Source: Entomortierella parvispora E1425
Taxonomy: Eukaryota; Fungi; Mortierellomycota
Direction of reading: 5' to 3'
Assembly (NCBI GenBank): GCA_020891255.1
Contig: BQFW01000013.1
Location: 868,001-932,000, forward strand
Length of the DNA: 64,000 nt
The first letter of the stretch is position 1. Every line of letters starts with the position of its first letter. The notes beneath the pieces were generated by a model. The model did no database searches and was not told the origin of the DNA. It saw only the letters and a list, made by a program, of their open reading frames with translations. Shown here piece by piece: positions 59,501 through 64,000 of the stretch. Both the position numbers and the translations under genes were made by a program.

Positions 59501-59707
59501 GGGTAGACCTAGTGGACAGAGTAGAGCAAGAGCAGGGCAAGTCTGTTAATGACAAATATCGCCAAAGAAAAAAAGGGGTTTCGATGGCAACACCAAAAGA
59601 TAGAACAAGCTCTGAAATGGTGGGGCAAACAGGGGTAGGTGGGTGGGCACTTGAATAGGGACCTACTGGTAGCGCTCCAGCCAGATGGACTGGGGATCCT
59701 CTGTCAT
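56569..59707 (-). CDS. Est1/Ebs1/SMG7-like protein (TPR-like Est1 domain; NMD or telomerase associated), no PIN domain seen
   Basis: Exons 59707-59667, 59508-59428, 59254-58254 and 58172-56569, with compatible phases. Motifs include IESALWKNVFY, FIQEATGFYHRL, CYIFLGDLARYR, ARDYYNEARNLLPSSGNPYNQLAVIA and ALYFYYRSLAVRLPFMTARNNI. Confidence 0.88.
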
Positions 59708-60195
59708 GATGGAGAAGGGGATGGGATGGAGGGGTGATCTCGCTCAACAGTTGGGATGCCGTCTCCTTTTCGCCCCTTTTTTTTTCAGTCCGAAGAGAAG
59801 AAAAGGCGCCGGGCGAGTGCTTTGTGGGGAAGGAGGAAAGGGAGAGGAGGGGAATATCTGGGTAAGCGAGCGAGAGAAGGAGCGAGCAAGGGGGCAAGAT
59901 AAAGAGAGTGATAACGAAAGAAAGAGGCGGTGAGCGCAGTCCGTGTCCGTCCGTCTTGTCCAGTCAGGTCGGTCGGTCGGTCAGTCGGTCAGTCAGCTTC
60001 AGCACATCGGTGGATGTGATGGGAGGAGAGTGATTGGAGTTGAATGGAGACAGATACAGCACTACAGCAAAAAAAAACATGTCAATGTGCATACAGGTGG
60101 CGGAGATTGAAACCCCAAAACGGGTGACGCAACCAAAAAAAATCTCCGCGCGAGTGCTGCGGCAGTCGTCTTCTTCTTCGTCGTCATGATCACGG

Positions 60196-60242
60196 GGCTC
60201 GTTCGTTCGTTCGTTCGTTCGTTCGTTCGTTCGCTCGCTCGC
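60196..60242. repeat. (TCGT)n tetranucleotide microsatellite
   Basis: ctcgttcgttcgttcgttcg... followed by (tcgc)n; a related (tcgg/tcag)n run lies at about 59962-59996. Confidence 0.9.
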
Positions 60243-60493
60243 TTCGAAATCATATCGAACAAAAAAACCCTTCCACCGCGTCAGATGGGTCACCGTGCAT
60301 GATACCAAAGAGTTGCTCTCGTGACACTTTTTCCCTTGACTTCCCCGCTCTTGGCTTCACTCTTCTCCACAAGTATAAAAAGCTTCCCTTCTTCACTCTC
60401 TTGTTTTCTCCTTAACACTTTCTCATCTCCCCCGTTCACTCGCTTCTCAAACCTCAACCCCAAACCCAAACCCACACTCTCTTCCCTTTCACC

Positions 60494-60718
60494 ATGTTCC
60501 AAAAACCAAGACTGACCTACTACCGCACGTTTTTCCCAAAAAACTCGCGCAATAACTACAACATCCCCACGGCCTACCACCGTCACCACGTCCCCACCCT
60601 TCGTCCCAACGCTCAAGAGAACGCCATGGCCAAGGTCATGGCTATCATCGGCAAAGCCAACCCCTTCGCCTCCACACCCAAGGCCAACGTTCCCGACGTC
60701 CACGTCAGACTCCTTTAA
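60494..60718 (+). CDS. Candidate small protein, 74 aa
   Basis: TATAAAAA at about 60374, a CT/CA-rich leader, CACCATG start context, C-ending codon bias and a downstream AATAAA at about 60982. No family recognised. Confidence 0.4.
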   Translation: MFQKPRLTYYRTFFPKNSRNNYNIPTAYHRHHVPTLRPNAQENAMAKVMAIIGKANPFASTPKANVPDVHVRLL

Positions 60719-61414
60719 ATGACTCTTCCCCAACCATAAAAACTCAACACAATCGGATACCCCTCCCAAACAGGGAGGCGCCAAGACGAACGCAGCTTGA
60801 AAAGGTCACCTCCTTGACTCCAACGGTCTTTCTAGAGGTGGTCGCGAGGGAGCAACTCCCTTTGCCCTTCCTGCCTCTGTCGCCCTCGGTCGTTTGCAGC
60901 GTGGGATAAGAACCGACGCTTCGACGACTTCACCCTTACTCCCCACTCCTTCTTTTGTAAATGTACTCGAACCAATGCTACAATAAAAACCTCCCTTTTT
61001 GATGCCCACCCTAACGCTCATTGCAGTCCCCGTTGATATGTCAAAGTAGCATAGCTCTGATAGTCATGACTCGAGTCATATGTCAATATTGGTCATAATG
61101 GGTAGAAACCCATAGAATTCGCATCACAGGATCACTCCATTTGAACTAAAAATTACGTCGCTCTTTTGCTCCACCTCATTTTTGGCTCAATTGACATCTT
61201 GGCTCTCTTTCTCATGACCAGTATTGACAGAGCACTTTTTTTTTTTTCTAGACGCCTGTCATGTCAGGGAAAGCGGGTGGGGCCATACACGCAACACAAC
61301 ACAAAATCGAGACCCAAAAAAATGAAATTCTTTGTGTTTGGGCGAAGCATTTTTTTTTCTTTCTTTTCTGACTGGACTCTACATTGAAACAGAGACAATG
61401 TCTATTGAGACTAG

Positions 61415-64000
61415 TTACAAACTCCCAGCAGGATGTCCATGCCAGGTCGATGTGGAGGACGAGGTTCTATGGAATCCCCGGCCCACCGCATGATGTTGCT
61501 GTTGTTGCTGTTGCTGTTGCTGTTGTAATTCCCGGTCTTGTTCTTGCTCCTCATCCGTCGCAAACACTGCCAATTGCTCTAGATCATCACGGTTACTGCT
61601 CAGACTCAATCGGCTCGGGTGCACCGGCACACTTGAGGATCCGAAAACCGCAGAGGACGCCATGCCAGGAGAATGGCCTCCTCCGGACGCGCTGCTGGTG
61701 TGACTGCCAGTCATAGCGGTAGTAGTGGCCCCAGTGTTCACGCTCACTGTGGTGCCCACAGCAGACACGGTCGAGACGCCAGTCTTGTGGGGCGACGACG
61801 AGAGCAGCATATTGCGGGGAGGACTGCTGGCGGCTAGGATCGCCGTTGCACTCGTGGACATGCCAGAGCCGGAACCCGAGCCACTGCCTCCTCCGAGCTG
61901 GTGCGCCAATAGGGACGAGATCGAGCCAGAGCCGCCAGATCCTGTACTGCCCACAGAGCTCGAGATAGCCCTCAGTGCATTGGTGGCTGCAGACTGAAAC
62001 GGAATAGAGATGGGTGCCGTACTGGAGGCTCCAGTGGAGTGACGATTGGAGGATTGTCCTGTTAGAGGTACGTGTGTGCTCGACGAGCCGGTCTCGTCAG
62101 GAAGTTCAGCCACGATATGTCCATGAGACGCGAGTCGGTCCTTCAATGCCTGGGATGACGATCCAACAGGGGTCGAGCTCGAGCCAGAGGCCGTGGTTGT
62201 CGTTGTGGCCAGGCTAGCCTGACTCTCGCCGAGTCCCTGACCTGTGGTAGGGTGCATCAGGCTCAACAACGAAGGGTTGCTAACGGAACTAGGGATTGTT
62301 CCAGGAGACGCAGCAGAGGCACAAGTTCCAGAAGTGGATCCTTTCCGTTCATGGGATGACTGAAGCTCAGAGACGGTCTCCTCCTTGTGCGTCGATAGTT
62401 GCGTTCCAGCTTCCTCGTCGCGGTGTCGCCTGCGGTCCGATTCACGCTCCTTGTCTCGACGGTCCTTGGAGCGTTCACGCTCATGTCTCGAGGAGCTAGA
62501 GGACTCTCCCAAAGCAGAAGTAGAGGAATGGTGGCGCAATTTGCTACTACTGCCCTCTCGTGCGCTACTCGAGTGGTAGGAGGATGAGGACTTTCCATGA
62601 CCATGACCATGGCCATGACTGTGATGTGCTGACCAACTTGTAGCCTCCAAAAGATAGTACTTGATACCCTCGGCCAACCCAAAAGGATTATGGGATGACA
62701 CTTCGCTAGAGGAAGACGATTCTCCTTCGGTCTGAGATTGCGAGGGCGCGTGGCGCTTGTCAACAACAGCCTCTGTAATAGAAGTAATCCTGGCCACAAT
62801 CCATTCGCGCCTCTGAAGCTGGGTTGCCATCTGAGGTGTCATCTGCAAAAAGTAGTGTGGGCAGTTGATGTTGAAAGCAGCCCAAGGTTTCGAGGCCGAG
62901 TTTCGCGTTGGCAAGAATAAAGTCAGGTCATCGACCTTAAAGTTCCTGAACGCAATCTTCTCGTGTGCCTCTGTCCAAGCTCGGTTGTACTTTTCCTTGA
63001 GGTTCTTGCACTCTCGTTGCCAGCGTTTCAGCAAATGTTCCGTATCCATGAGTTTCTTTTTGACAAGAGAGGTGGCCTTGGTGACATCCAGATCTGAAAA
63101 GTCAAAAGTTTGCAAGATCTCGGTGGAGAGTGGGATCGTTGTGCTGGAGCTTCTGCTGGAGCTGCCACTCGAGCCACCGGTCGTGGTAACGATGGAGGAG
63201 CCCATCTGAGCGGTAGTAGGGGTTGGTGTCAGCAATTCGCTTCTAGACATTGAGCGCTTCTCAGAATTATCCAAGAGGACTGAAGAGGTGGGTGACAGCA
63301 CGTCCGACAAATCATCAGCTTTGGACAATGTTGGCAGAGGGATACCAAGTTCGAGTGCGAGGGTACCCAACAAAATACGGTCCTCGCGGCTAAAAGTCTC
63401 TGAGGATCCCAAAGTCAAAGGTGCTGGCTGTCGCGAAGGCGGCACAGGCGTCGCAGGCGAGCAGGTCGAGAGGTCGGGCGATCCTGACTTGGGAGTGCTG
63501 GAGACAGGAACAGGAATGGCGGAGGCGCGTTGCTGGACCTTCATACTATCCATTTCCTCTTTCAATCGATCAATGGTAGACTGCAGTTGCAATTTGACTG
63601 CGTCGGCCTGAGAGTCGGCTTTCTGCAGCGATTCCTTAAGCGTGGAGATGGTCTGCTCAAGGATATCCTTGCTACTATCGTGCTCCTTGGTCAATTCGGC
63701 CAACTGCCTCTCGCTGTTAGCCTGCGCAAGGGCATGATCTGCATCGTGCTTTTCAACAAGGCTCTGGATGGAGCGACTGATATCCTGGATCCGTTCGCGC
63801 ACCCAGCTCAAGTCTGTAGGTTCGGGGTCCTCCTTTGGAGACTCTTTTCCGAGTGCCACGATGCAATCGCGGATTGGCTTTGCAAGGGCCTTGGTGGCAC
63901 GCACGGTCTGCTCCAAGAGTCTGGACTTTTCCTTCCAATCTTCCTCTGCGCGTCGAACCATTGTCTTGGCATCTTCCAGGCGCAGGTTGACGTCTGTCTT
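61415..64000 (-). CDS. ATG11: Autophagy scaffold Atg11/FIP200-like, 3' part; gene enters from the right edge
   Basis: Coiled-coil followed by the Atg11 C-terminal (Claw) signature KIAFRNFKVDDLTLFLPTRN...PWAAFNINCPHYFL...REWIVARIT...NPFGLAEGIKYYLLEA. The frame is open through base 64000. Confidence 0.88.
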   Translation of the reverse strand, partial: KTDVNLRLEDAKTMVRRAEEDWKEKSRLLEQTVRATKALAKPIRDCIVALGKESPKEDPEPTDLSWVRERIQDISRSIQSLVEKHDADHALAQANSERQLAELTKEHDSSKDILEQTISTLKESLQKADSQADAVKLQLQSTIDRLKEEMDSMKVQQRASAIPVPVSSTPKSGSPDLSTCSPATPVPPSRQPAPLTLGSSETFSREDRILLGTLALELGIPLPTLSKADDLSDVLSPTSSVLLDNSEKRSMSRSELLTPTPTTAQMGSSIVTTTGGSSGSSSRSSSTTIPLSTEILQTFDFSDLDVTKATSLVKKKLMDTEHLLKRWQRECKNLKEKYNRAWTEAHEKIAFRNFKVDDLTLFLPTRNSASKPWAAFNINCPHYFLQMTPQMATQLQRREWIVARITSITEAVVDKRHAPSQSQTEGESSSSSEVSSHNPFGLAEGIKYYLLEATSWSAHHSHGHGHGHGKSSSSYHSSSAREGSSSKLRHHSSTSALGESSSSSRHERERSKDRRDKERESDRRRHRDEEAGTQLSTHKEETVSELQSSHERKGSTSGTCASAASPGTIPSSVSNPSLLSLMHPTTGQGLGESQASLATTTTTASGSSSTPVGSSSQALKDRLASHGHIVAELPDETGSSSTHVPLTGQSSNRHSTGASSTAPISIPFQSAATNALRAISSSVGSTGSGGSGSISSLLAHQLGGGSGSGSGSGMSTSATAILAASSPPRNMLLSSSPHKTGVSTVSAVGTTVSVNTGATTTAMTGSHTSSASGGGHSPGMASSAVFGSSSVPVHPSRLSLSSNRDDLEQLAVFATDEEQEQDRELQQQQQQQQQQHHAVGRGFHRTSSSTSTWHGHPAGSL

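Noticed and set aside
1-64000. tRNA, rRNA, snRNA genes and intact transposons
   Set aside because: I recognised no T-loop/B-box cloverleaf, rRNA-like segment, RT/integrase/transposase motif or LTR pair by eye. tRNAscan-SE, Infernal and RepeatMasker would be needed to exclude them.

Overview
Eukaryotic, intron-containing fungal DNA. The gene style, the GA/CT microsatellite-rich spacers and the protein families suggest Mortierellaceae, which is an inference. I can support about 17 protein-coding genes, most with splice models that close in frame. They are an SLC41/MgtE cation transporter (partial), MVD1/ERG19, a small coiled-coil protein, a BIR1/survivin-like protein, a SET-MYND methyltransferase, a small secreted GPI-like protein, two MFS transporters, a large low-complexity orphan, an NBP2-like SH3 adaptor, an ENA-type P-IID ATPase, an alpha-arrestin, an S10 carboxypeptidase, a CBM18-fused AA5 copper radical oxidase, an Est1/SMG7-like protein, a small ORF and Atg11 (partial). 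There are also two decayed LRR/F-box-type relics. The standout is a 113-bp tandem array at about 49.1-50.4 kb. On the minus strand every unit reads as a complete 110-nt spliceosomal intron plus a 3-nt exon. Eleven such micro-exons lie between a signal-peptide exon and a short terminal exon, and they splice to a 34-aa secreted peptide precursor (MKIEFLLVLVAFLGLTIAAPTILDLTAIDIDLKK) in which each micro-exon specifies one amino acid. This is a prediction from sequence only and needs transcript evidence. I recognised no tRNA, rRNA, CRISPR array or intact transposon by eye.
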